Positions 10,832 through 21,990 of a stretch of DNA of 64,000 bases are shown piece by piece. The notes under the pieces were generated by a model that worked only from the letters and a program-made list of their open reading frames with translations, was not told the origin of the DNA and ran no database searches. This DNA comes from the human T2T-CHM13v2.0 reference genome, Homo sapiens. Position 1 is the stretch's first letter; each line of letters begins with the position of its first letter. The stretch is from the NCBI RefSeq assembly GCF_009914755.1, contig NC_060947.1; one strand, given 5' to 3'. A program made the translations under genes and the position numbers.

Positions 10832-11674
10832 TCTAAGAATTATTGAAGTCGTCTTTTCTGAAATTAAATGTCTGAATCTTGGGGCAAGAATGAAGAGGGA
10901 GGGAGAGAAGAAGAGAGAGAGAGAGGAACTCGCATTCAGAGAGACCAAAGAGAGCAAGGACCACAGTTAATAGGCTAGTGGAGGCCAAGACTACATCTTT
11001 GCACTTTTGCTTGCCTCTGCCTATCTGATCCTCCCACATTAACCCCGTTCTACCACTCCTCTGTACTTCTCCAGATAGAGTTCAGAAGTTTTGTCTTCAG
11101 CTACTTGTCAAAACATTTGTCATTTCCCAACCAAACCTTAAGCTGTTTTGGGCCCTTAGGAAACCAGCTCAGGGTCAGATACAGAGAACATGCTCCTTGG
11201 ACTTCCAGTTGATGTATCTTAGCAGTCTTTCTGTGGAAACTGCTGCAGAGGGATCAAAGAAGATCAATGATTCCCAGCCCCCATTCAGTATCTGTTCTAG
11301 GGTGGATCTATATGGTAGAACCAACATTTATTAACTCCTTCAAATGTTTTTACTTATGGTCTCTGCTCTGTGGACTAAAGGCACAGCTTTTTTTTTCCTA
11401 TTCTTTCCTCCTTTTTTCTTTATTCGTTTTTTCAAAAATCTTATCTGGTAGCCATATAATTTCTCCAAACGTAGTTCTAGCTAAATACAGAAGGTTTAAC
11501 TCCCACTCAGAATACCAGGATTCAATTAAATTTTCTGACTAGCCATTCAGTGGTAACCTATCAGCCCATCTTCCCACGAGTTGGAGCACTCCAAAAAGGC
11601 TACAAGACACTCAGAGCTTTTCTTTAATCATTCCTTAACCCATAAGCAACAAAATGTAACCAGGGTTCCTGCAT

Positions 11675-11677
<3 letters not shown>

Positions 11678-11717
<40 letters not shown>
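11678..11717. repeat. (CA)n microsatellite
   Basis: Direct reading. Confidence 0.95.
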
Positions 11718-11718
<1 letters not shown>

Positions 11719-12899
11719 GTGTGTATGGTTGAAGTTTGCTTGCCTCTTTTATGGCTGCTTAATGACTTCTCATGCCTGGATAATGATGATGACAATAATA
11801 ATGGTGATAATGAATTTCTGCTTATGCCTTAATAAGTAGTTACTGACATTATTGACATCGAGTGGCTCCTCTTCAGGATCCTCTAGGAGAAGAGGGATGC
11901 AGCTGCTGACCTCCTCCACAGCCCTTGTGTGATGGGGTTGAATAGGATGTCATGAGATTGTGGTTAAAACAAATACCAGGACTTCTCCGAATGACAGCTT
12001 GCTGCAGAGCAAATCATTCTCAATGCCAGGCTCTTCGCTTCTCATTTCTAGTCTTGATGCTTCTGGTAACTCTTTGTGACCTTAAACTCTTCACCTCCCA
12101 AACCTCAGTTTTTCTACCTGTAAATGAGAATGGGGCATGTAGGGGATGATAAGAAAAGGACACTCTCTAACTCTGAAAAGTTCAGGGCATTGTTTTGTGT
12201 CCCCCCAAACATTTCCAAGGGGCAGCTCTGTTACTCTACTTGTGGCTCAAACGTTTCTGGACTCCTTCTCTGGAAGGTAGCTTAAAATTCTCAAGGGAAA
12301 AGGCAGTCTCCGCCCATGAGCCCTAGCCTTTTTATTACTGTAACCCCAAAGATTGAGCTCCATCTCTTCATTTGCGGTTTTGGACTCCGGAAAAATAGTT
12401 TTACAGAGGTTTCCTAAGCCCTAAACTGTCCTTGGGGACATGGTTTCAGTCTCATGAGTAACCTGCCACAGTCCAGTTCCCAAAGTGGTACTCCCTGAAT
12501 GTCTCAGGGGACTATAGTGTCTCCCATGGCCAGACACAGAACCCCAGGGTCACCTCATCTAGTTTTGAGGCTGATAGCTGTGCATAGTGCAGGAGAAAAC
12601 AGAGGTGATACCATTCCAAGCTACCCTCACTTGGGCTCAAAAGGACTCTAGTGTACCCTCCCGATTCTCATGCTACCTCCTGCCTCCTTCTCCCTGGAAA
12701 ACTCTAAAATTTGTTCATGCCTTTCCTGGCGACCATTCTCCTTCCTGATGGCTGCCTGGGTCGCTGTTATCCAGTGAGGCATCCCTCTCATCCACCAGAC
12801 CATGGGTCTCCCAGTCCAGGGGACACCATAGTCTTTACAGATCCTTCTCAGTTCCTTGCTACACAGCTCCTCCTAGCCAGTGAAAAAAGAAAAGAGAGT

Positions 12900-13684
12900 A
12901 AGGGAAAGAGGAGGTGAAGAAGACCGATGGTGGGGATTGCCTAAAGAAGATCCGATATGTCCCAGCTCTCAACTACACCAGGAGAGAGGTGGGAAAGCCA
13001 AGGGGGAGCAGCTAAAAATGTCGGGCTGAGAGAGGAGCAGCAAAGACTTTGCCAGCCCCTTTGGAGCCCCACCTGGATGGACAGGATGAGGTTCAGCTTT
13101 GCCTCTCCATTGGCTCTAGCATGGCCCCTTGATTTTCTATAGAGGGGAGCTGCAGAAGGCACTCACACTGGCACGGCTCCCAATGCTAGTAGCAGTGTCT
13201 TGCTCCGCCCTGCCCAGAGCACCTGCAGGCCTTGGATGGACAGACTCATAGACTGATTGAAGGCAATGGAAATTGAACGATCTTGGGCTGCGCAGAGGAG
13301 GAGGGGTGCTAGGGTAATGCTTGATGCTGTCCCCAGGTTCGGAACGGATGCTGCCTGAGCTCTCCAGGCTGAAGAGCATTTGGAGCCAGCCGCATTCTCC
13401 TGACCAGCGCTCTATTGCCCAGCTCAGCATTGCGCACTTGCCCACTCCAAGCCAGTCCAGTCCTTCTTGCTGGTTACCGGCGTTTCTTCCCTCTTCCTAA
13501 CCCATACACCTTAGAAAACTCCGTTTCTGCTAGCCCAGAGCTTCATGGACGCTCCACTCCTCCTTCGCCCTTCCCCAGGTGCTCCCTGACCCATTAGATT
13601 AAGGACTCGCTGTACTCCAAAGGAGTCAAGCTGGACACCCCAACCACAGAATCGCCCCAAGGGACTTTCCTGAACTCCGGCACC
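12900..13684 (+). promoter_or_regulatory. Putative promoter/5'UTR of the GPCR pseudogene (GC-rich, residual CpGs)
   Basis: Apparently repeat-free, with higher GC and CpG (ctgcgcag, gccgcatt, cagcgctc, ttgcgcac, accggcg) than the flanks, directly upstream of a Kozak ATG. The TSS cannot be located. Confidence 0.4.
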
Positions 13685-14064
13685 ATGAGTCATGAAGCTC
13701 TGAGTGTGCCCAGCGGCTTTGATGATCTTATCACCTCCACCACCTCTCAGGTGCTATTGGCAGCGCTGGCTAGGATAGCCTGCTATCCATGATTGACAAG
13801 CTGCCTGACCACACGTGGAACACTGGCGACCTGGCCAACACATCGGGTCCCATAACTTCGGAGATGGTGTCTCAGGATGAACAGGTGCAATTTTGGTTAG
13901 TAATAGGGTACACGGTGGTGATCTTTGTTGCCATTTTAGGCAACTGTGTCTTAAACCATCTGATTATGAAGTACGAAAGGGTGCACACCGCCACTGGCCT
14001 CTTCATTGTCAATATCTCTGTGACCAACATGATGCTGGCTTTTCTTATTTCCCCCTTCATCATG
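13685..14064 (+). pseudogene. GPR165P: Exon 1 (N-terminus, TM1-TM2)
   Basis: Kozak gcaccATGa at 13685 opens 35 codons ending at TGA 13790-13792, which overlaps ATG 13789. That frame encodes TM1 (FWLVIGYTVVIFVAILGNC) and TM2. Donor ATG|gtaagc at 14064/14065. Confidence 0.88.
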
Positions 14065-14577
14065 GTAAGCCTACTATGGTGAAGGGGGGAGCTAAGAAAA
14101 GCAGGGTATTAATTGAGGAGGGCGACCTTGGGTGCAGGATGAGAGCAAAGGTACAACTTTGCATTTGCAAAGGAGAAATCTCTTTGGCTGGAGGGAGTCC
14201 CGGAATGGGTTGAGCTGATTTGGAAGGTGTTTGCATGGACAGGGGAATGGTTGAGAGACAGCACAAAGGGTTTGCAAATTGGGGAAAACAAACTACAGCA
14301 GACAAGATTGTGGTTGTGTTGCTGAGTTAATCTCCTACCTTGGCAGTTGTTGAGAGAGTCTTAGGTTGACCGCAGCAGTGACCTGTTGCAGGTGAACTCT
14401 GGGTGACATGTGTTTCAGAGCTATGTCACAAAGACCCAGCCTCAGTTTCCTCAACTTTCAAATGCATTGTTTGGACTCTGAGGTGGCTAATAGCTTTTGT
14501 GATTTGATATCTCTTTCTTCAAGCCTGAATGTTTGCATGTGAGAAGATGGGGAAGGCATGAGAGCTGCAGTGTGGAA

Positions 14578-14612
14578 ATTTTTGTTTGTTTGTTTGTTTG
14601 TTTGTTTGTTTG
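14578..14612. repeat. (TTTG)n microsatellite in intron 1
   Basis: Direct reading. Confidence 0.9.
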
Positions 14613-14744
14613 CTTCCTGAGACAATAATGCCAGTGGTTTGCCATTATTATAACAAAAAGGGCTTTATTTGTGTTTGGGGTCTTGTAAGAGGACTCAGAG
14701 GTGATTTCCTGTGCCTCACATTGCCATTGCCCTTTCTCCCATAG

Positions 14745-14870
14745 GTGCATTATCTGTGTAATTCCTTGGTGTTTGGGAAGATGACAGGCCACTTCAGTCG
14801 CTTTGCCCAATACTCTTGTGCCTATGTAACTGTGATTACCATGGCTTCTATTTCCCTAGACAAATATCAG
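14745..14870 (+). pseudogene. GPR165P: Exon 2 (ECL1-TM3), 126 bp, donor mutated GT>AT
   Basis: Acceptor ttctcccatag|GTG. Encodes VHYLCNSLVFGKMTGHFSRFAQYSCAYVTVITMASISLDKYQ and is followed by atatgt instead of gtatgt at 14871. Confidence 0.88.
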
Positions 14871-15047
14871 ATATGTGTTTCTCACGGGACTTTAGGTCTT
14901 CTTGTAAAGGGGCAAATTCTTATCTTAGATACAGATAAAATAAAAAATAACCTAGAAAGTTCTTTGAATTGTTTAAGATATATAAATGTATAAGTATAGT
15001 TTGAGGGATTGCAAGATAGTGAAATACAGACCTTCACCAAATCAAAT

Positions 15048-15177
15048 CTTTTTTTATTTTGTTTTTAATAGAGATGGAGGTTTTGCTATGTTGCCCAGGC
15101 TGGTGTCGCACTCCTGGGCTCAAGCAATTCTCCTGCCTATGCCTCCAAAAGTGTTGGGATTACAGGTATGAGCCATC
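15048..15177 (-). mobile_element. FLAM/Alu monomer in intron 2
   Basis: T-rich tail then agagatggagg...ttgcccaggctgg...ctcctgggctcaagc...gggattacagg. Confidence 0.85.
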
Positions 15178-15909
15178 TATGGTGCTATGGGAACAGAGAT
15201 GTGGCAATGAGCAAATGATAAAAGAGTGCTCTTCTTCTCATTTGGAAAACATTTCTTATTTGCTGCATTCCAGGACCGGCTAAGGGAAGAAAGAGGGAAG
15301 GGTTGAGTCAGAGGTGTGTGTGGCTTCAGGACTGGTGGTAAGTTGAGTCTGGGTGGTCAGCGTGAAGTCTGTGAGTGAGAGCTGAGGAACTAAAGTGGGA
15401 AAGAACTAAAAGAATTGTGGAGGAAAGAGCTGAGAGGAGGACTGACAGTGATTTCAAAGGAAGGAAGTAGGGTAGGGAGTGGGAAACTGGGAGGAATTAC
15501 ATAGTTAATCACTTGAGAGGGAGGGAGCCAGAAAACGAGTGAAGTGGGAGAGACATAAAGGTAGATTAAAGAGATTGTAACTGAAGCCAGATGGGAGAGT
15601 CCATGGAGGTATCTAGGTGATAGGTGATGGGGAGATAGGAGGGAGCATGGAAGGAGGGAGGGAGGAGGGGGGCGTGGAGGTATCAAAAGGAGAGGGGATG
15701 AAGCTAGAAGGAAAAGGGGTATGAAGAAATCCAAGTGGAAGAAAGAATGAATGGATGTGTGGAATTCTTACCCACTTATATACGATAAAGGGAAAATAAG
15801 TCACACCTTTGAGCATCTATTCCTCTTTTCCACAGAACTCCCTGCTCAGAGTCAAAAGCTTTAAAGTCAGTCCACTTGCGTTTCTTTATTTTTTCCACTG
15901 AAATTCATA

Positions 15910-16131
15910 ATTAATTTATTTATTTTTAATTTCCAACTTCTATTTTAAGTTCAGAGGTACAAGTTCAGGATGTGCAGGTTCGTTACATAGGTAAACATGT
16001 GCCATGGTGGTTTACGGCACAGATCATCCCCTCACCCTGGTATTAAGCCCAGCATCCATTAACTATTCTTCCTGATCCTCTTCCTCCTTCCATCCCCTGC
16101 CCTCTGACAGGCCCAGTGTGTGTTGTTCCCA
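15910..16131 (-). mobile_element. L1PA (older) 3'UTR fragment in intron 2
   Basis: ttttaagttcagaggtacaagttcaggatgtgcaggttcgttacataggtaaacatgtgccatggtgg. Confidence 0.85.
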
Positions 16132-16336
16132 TTGAAAGATTTCCCTCATTATTAACTAATGTTGGTCTTTCATGGAGCAAAATGCCACCCATCTACCAAC
16201 TGAATTAGTACATAAGCATACTTCTCACCTACCTACCCAGTATTTGCTGGTTTGTACCATAATGCCAGTTGATGAACGGCTAATAAGTAACCCTAATTTG
16301 AATTGTTGAATGGGTCTGGGGTCCTTTTTATTCCAG

Positions 16337-16470
16337 GTGATGCTACATCCCCTGAAATCTTGGATTACTCCAATACAAGACAATGTTAGCATCATTATCA
16401 TCTCGATTGTGAGTACCTGTGCTCCTTTGTCACATTCCATTTGCCAGAAGTTTTACCAGGTGGAGATTGG
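16337..16470 (+). pseudogene. GPR165P: Exon 3 (ICL2-TM4-ECL2), 134 bp
   Basis: Acceptor ttttattccag|GTG. Encodes VMLHPLKSWITPIQDNVSIIIISIVSTCAPLSHSICQKFYQVEI(G). Donor GG|gtaaga at 16471. Not shown in the ORF track. Confidence 0.88.
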
Positions 16471-16886
16471 GTAAGAATAACACAGTATAACCAGTGTTTG
16501 GATTCTAGCAACCTGTGACCTTGGAAGTCCCATGGAATAACTTACAGAGTAGGGGCTGGAATAGTACATTTCCAAATATAGGTATAAAAATAAATTTCTT
16601 TTACTTGGGATTTACCATAACGGTTTCCAATAACTCTCATAGCATTTGATTATTAGAAATAAGTCTTCACATTTGGGGGCCATAATTTCCTTATATATCA
16701 CATGAGAGGTCTGGAATAGGTGAACCCAAAGTCTCCCGGATTTTTAACTCTAGATTTTAAGCTTAATGCAGACACAAACAGTAAATATGTATCTTCCTTC
16801 GGCCAAACTTCCATAAAATAGCTGGCTGTAGGTCTCAGGGAAAAGACAAAGCTGATGTTTCTCTTTCTGTCTGTCTTATAACCTAG

Positions 16887-17359
16887 AAACATAGCTGAAG
16901 AAACTGTCTGCCTACCCAGTTTCCCGTATACTTCAAAATCTTCAGGGAAATACCTTGACCTGAGAATTGTTTTTGCTCTTCCTCATCTTGCCATTAATGG
17001 CACTAGTGGTTGTTTATGGTCATGTGGCCAAAAAGCTGTGGATCCATAATGCTGTTGATGACATCAGCATCCACACCTATATCTGGCAGCATGGGGAGAA
17101 GAAGGAGACCCTGAAGATGCTGATGACAATGGTGCTTGTCTACACAATCAGCTGGCTCCCTCTTAACCTCTACCTGGTGCTGCCATGCAGAGAATTCATC
17201 TCAAGCCACAATGGCCTCTGCTTCTTCTTCCACTGGCTGGCAATTAGCAGCTCCTGCTACAACCCCTACATCCACTTCTGGCTCAGCAATAACTTCTGGA
17301 TTGTTCAGAAAGTTATCATGGAAATTCAGAAGATGCTGCTAAAGAAATCAGCTGCCTAA
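16887..17359 (+). pseudogene. GPR165P: Exon 4 (ECL2, TM5-TM7, C-tail) with a 1-nt insertion frameshift
   Basis: Acceptor acctag|A. NIAEETVCLPSFPYTSKSSGKYLDL is followed by 4 nt (agaa, 16963-16966) where one codon is expected. The spliced frame stops at TAA 17047-17049, while the homologous frame 16967-17359 stays open. Confidence 0.88.
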
Positions 17360-17594
17360 GAGGGGAGCACTGCTGACTCAGCTCTGTCTCACCCACTCAC
17401 CACCTTGCCTGGGTAGATTCCAAACCCAGAGTGCCCAAATTCCCACAATTCAAAGATATTGATGAGCTACCCAGTCCCCCTCCATTCCAAGAGGTGGAAA
17501 TCTTCTTTCTCTATTCACAAGTGCCTAGACTTTAAGCTGCCCAGACGGCAATACGTTCTCCATCCTCAAAATCCCTAAGATAGAGTGGGACCAA

Positions 17595-17600
17595 AATAAA
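17595..17600 (+). promoter_or_regulatory. Candidate poly(A) signal of the GPCR pseudogene
   Basis: AATAAA about 235 nt after the last in-frame stop. Position only. Confidence 0.3.
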
Positions 17601-18574
17601 TAGGATTCATTCATTTCTCATGGCATGGGGGCCAGGTGAACAGAAGGGGTACTTGAAGGACTGGGGACATGTGAACCCCCATATTTGTGTCACTCAGTCT
17701 TTCATTTCCTTCTCTCTTCTTTTTTTATTTTTTTCCTGTTCGGTTTTCTTCCTTTATTCTCTCTCCCAACGATAAGGTGAAGGTATTAGATTTTCAGGCT
17801 CATCAGAGATCTTTCTCCATCACTCAAAGGAAAGCTTTATTCTGACCTGTGAGGGGAGAGATCTCCTGAACTCTATCTCTGATTCTGGTCACCATTCCCT
17901 TCTCTATCCTTATGTGCCAGTTGGCCATGACACTTGAAATCTGATATCACAAACGTTGTCTCAGGAAGTGCAAGGTACCCTAGAAATTCTGATTTATATT
18001 TCATTTAGATGATTGAGATCTAATTTGTCTATCATATTCCCAGGGAAATGCCAGGAGGGGAAGGTATAGTTTCTGAAATTGTATTGGGTTATCCGGGAAC
18101 TCAATGCTTCTCATAAGTGTAAGTAGTTGGTCGTAACTATCTCCTTGTGGCAGAGTGAGAATGAGAAACTTACACATGCAGAGGAGTTGCACCGTGGTTA
18201 TTTTCCCAAATTGATATACAATAATTTGCTGATAGCTCTCCTTTGAATACAATGAAAATTGAAGTGCCGAATTTAGCACTACAAAATCCAAAATATTCTC
18301 CATGTTTCCTCACTCTACATTTAGCATCATACTTTCTCTTGTATAAATTTGTGCTGTCTAGTTTTGCCTTTCTTTTTCTGGAAAGAGAGGAGACATAATG
18401 TGCTTGCTGCTGTTTTATTGTTCCCATCTCTTTAGTCTATGAGAATTTCAACTCAGTGGGAAAGAAGTAATATCTCATCCTCCTGCGACTGCCTTTCATC
18501 TGGAGATAATATTATTAAGGCACGTTGAAGAGTATTGCTCATTGTGTGACAAGATAATGTGGGTATAAGAGTGG

Positions 18575-19100
18575 GATTTCTTCCCCTTCTCATCTTCTTC
18601 CCCTCCTCTTCTTTGTTCCCTTCCTCACTACTCTGGGAATTCACCTTTTTATTTTGACCTTCCCTGTCTTCTTTCTCTCCTCCCACTTCTTCTTGTTTCC
18701 CTTCCACTTTTTCCTCCTCCCCTCTGTTCCACCCTTCTACTCCTCTTCATCCTTTTCCTTCTCATCCTTTCTTCATTCAAATTCCACCTCATGCCTTTTC
18801 CTATCCTCCATCTCCCACTCTCCTGTGTTATCCTCCTCCCCTCTTCTCCCCATTCCCTCCTACCCTTACCCATCTTCTTTCCCCGATCCTTTTCACTTCT
18901 GTCCCCACTCTCCAATTCTCTCCCCTCTCTCCAATTCTCCTCTTCCCTTCTCTCCTCTTCCTTCCTCTTCCCTCCTACTCCCTCCTCCCCCTTCTCATTT
19001 TTCCTCAATCCTCCTGAGCCCTTCCTTCTTTAGCACCAGTCCTTCTCAAATTCTTTATTCTTTCTTTATTCCTCTCCTTTATCTATCTTACATCCTTTAT
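18575..19100. repeat. Polypyrimidine (CT-rich) low-complexity tract
   Basis: About 500 bp that is almost G-free on the + strand. Confidence 0.9.
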
Positions 19101-21839
19101 CTCTTCGAACTCTCATGTATGGTTCAAAATATTGCTTTCCTATTGCGTTTTAGCTATTGTCTGTCATTTCCCTTTCATATTTCTCACTTCTCTTTAGAAT
19201 TCAGATTTCTTTTACACTTACTGGAAGCCTGGGAATCCAGGAAGCTGCAGCCTCTGAATATAAACAAGTCTTTGCACTATTCCGTAGGCCTCCTTGTAGT
19301 ATATGTGATGGTCAAAGTGAGTGGTAGCCACTGCTTACATTTTTCTCTTCTGCATCTCTCTTTCTCATTCAATTCTAACTGTCAGAAGTTGACTACCCAT
19401 TATGCCCTCCTGGGGAGTAAGCTGGATCACCCCAGAAGCATAAAGGAAACTGTCCAGGCTTAGTCCATAGCTGCTGTGTCTGTTGGGAAGTACCACTGTG
19501 CAGCATCTTCCAAGAATATGACCCAGTTTAATTTGAAGGAATTGTACCCAAGTCAGACATGTCTTTTCTCTGGCCACTCATTTTTTTTTTCAACCACTTC
19601 TTATTCTATAACATTTTAGTTATTGAACATTTCCCTTTCTGCTCCTTCTCCATAATTACTTCCCTAAAGACACAAAATAACTTCCGAAAATGTAATAGAA
19701 ATAATAACAACAACAGACTCCTATCACTACAGGACAACCCTGGAGGTTCTTGGAAGTCCCAGGCCCAAATGACTGGCTCTCAACTTTTGCTGCTGCCTTT
19801 GCTGTAACTTTTGTAGTCATCACACCACCTCATTGGCTTTAGCAGCTTTTAGAGTGGGTTATCATCATGTTGTTAGGGTGTATGCATGTGTGCCTCAGCT
19901 TACATTTCTTTCTCCTCCACTATCTTCTTTTTCTTTTCCTCAACTTAATCATTCTCTTTTTAACAAGGATATAATTCAATGACATTTTAAGTTTCCTCTG
20001 GAAAGGAATGAGCTAGTTTCCAGGAGCTTGAAGCAGGTTAACTGAAGTTTAGATTTTGGCTAGTCTGATTGTACTTGGTTATAGGATAAGGTAGGGTTTT
20101 TGGAGTCAGGACCCCAAATATCTCCGGTAAATTTCCACACTTGCTACAATATTTAATTCTTTTTGTTGGATAAAAAAGAAATTGGGGAAAAAGAGCTACT
20201 TGTAGTTTTTGCTTTGTTTCTTTCCATTTTCACTTCCATGAATTAATCCTTTATTTCATCTCCCTTTCTATCCTCAACATCCAAACTTTTTAATATATTT
20301 TATCTATATATATAATACTTTCATCAAGCAAGTACAATACTAGATACATGGAGAAGTCCTGAGCTGAATAGATGATCACATCTGCTGTTCTCACCCTTAT
20401 AATCTGCACATCTACCTATTATTTGCTTTTGTCTTCAGCTGTCTTTGAGATTAGAAGTCTTTTTGAGTGGTGAGCTCTACTGGTATATTTTTTCCCCTGC
20501 TTATGTAAATCCTTCTCATTAACCTAGGGAAGGACAGATACATATCTTTTCTCTTCTCCTTTTGGCAAGATGTATACATCCCAGGACAATGAGCTGACTG
20601 TCTAGGTCTCTGCCTCTGCATAAGAGGGCATAGTGGAATTGCCCCTGGGTACCTGGTGCTTCTTTGAGGAATTACACTTTGCTCTGATACTTTCCTTCTC
20701 CTGCTTAGATTTAGGAGAAATTTGGGTGAAAAGCGCTCTCATTGTAATTTAAATGATGATTGTGCTATTGTATTTTCACCTAATGTTCTCTTATTCCCAG
20801 GAAAAAACCCTTCCTAATCCCACGCTTATTCTCTACAAAAGATTAGACTTTTTTTTTCACCCTCAGTAAGGCTGGGGATATGGAATGGTGAATGCTTGAC
20901 AAATGAGCCAGCTTCAATGTTGGCTGCTGCCGCAGCTGTGAACTTCAAACACACAGAATTTTGTCTGCCTATCAGCTTTGGTGCTGTATGAGATGTTTGA
21001 AGATTTAGGGCTCTGAGTAGTCTGAGTTTCATGTGGGGTTTTGTTTATATATTTTTTTGGTAGCAACTAATCTGAACTCTGAACCCAGCCATGTCTGAGG
21101 GTGCTACCATTGTAGTTTCTGGCATGGGGGCTCATTTGGTTGGAACATGATGCTAGTGAACTCTAGGTCCTAGAGTCTAACCCATGTATGACCATTAAGC
21201 TCTGTGGGTTTGAGAATGGTGCTAAATAACAATGGTCATGTGGTTTCAAAACCGCACATGTTTTCATTTACACAGACCGCACCACCCACACTAGGCAGCC
21301 TTTTTCTGAACATGATTATCAGCCCCCTGGAAGACTCAGCAAAACTGTTGTGTAAATAACCCTGCAAAACCCATTTCCCTTCTGGATAAAAACTTAAAGT
21401 GTATTTCCTACTGACTGTGTGTTAGTAGTGTCATCTTCTTCTTAGAAGAACATCACTTGTAAAATGTATAATTGAACAAAAAGAGTTACAGCAATGGAAG
21501 GCAGAAGAAGTTGACAAATACATATAAATACATATACTATCCTTTGTCCAATGTCAAAAAAACCTGTATGTTTGTCCAAGCTGGGATATTTAGAGAAATT
21601 ATTTGATAAGAGTAAGTTCTATATGAAGTTCATCCAATGTTGCACCTCGATGAGGCAGATTGAAGTGGGGGAATTCACCCTATGATATAGATATCTGAGC
21701 TGCTGGTAGTCAACCATATGTGTTGGTTACTCGTGTATGTGGCATGTAGATTCACTCCTAGGTTTTCAGAGCTGAAGCCCTCTTTCAATGAGAATTCTCT
21801 TCCCTCCTGTAGTTAAGGTATCTTTCTATGTTACCACAC

Positions 21840-21990
21840 ATAATCACACACATGTATGCACACATATATACAAAAATACACACATATACCAATACACACA
21901 GCTACATGCATCACATGTGAACACACATAAACACACACATATATAAGCATATACAAACATGCACACACATACAGAAAAATGCACACACAG
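21840..21990. repeat. Degenerate CA/TA-rich low-complexity repeat
   Basis: Direct reading. Confidence 0.8.

Larger units (their letters stand above)
13685..17359 (+). pseudogene. GPR165P: GPR83-like class A GPCR unprocessed pseudogene (probably GPR165P), 4 coding exons
   Basis: Exons align colinearly with GPR83 (GNxxxxH, HTATGLFIVN, FSRFAQY, HPLK, ICQK, CLPxFP, KYLDL, VAKKLW, KMLM, WLPLN, FHWLAISSSCYNP) with intron phases 0, 0 and 2. Disabled by a donor mutation and frameshifts. Confidence 0.9.

Noticed and set aside
13322-13344. REST/RE1-like site upstream of the GPCR (gctgtcc cca ggttcggaa)
   Set aside because: Only the right half-site matches; the left half has 2 mismatches and the spacer is non-canonical.
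17360-17535. Possible ancestral C-terminal extension of the GPCR beyond TAA 17359
   Set aside because: Pro/Ser-rich and plausible, but it has a further in-frame stop and cannot be supported without an orthologue alignment.
18654-19463. 269-aa + strand ORF (and overlapping R/E/G-rich minus ORFs)
   Set aside because: Artefact of the CT-rich low-complexity tract; S/P/L/F-biased with no domain.
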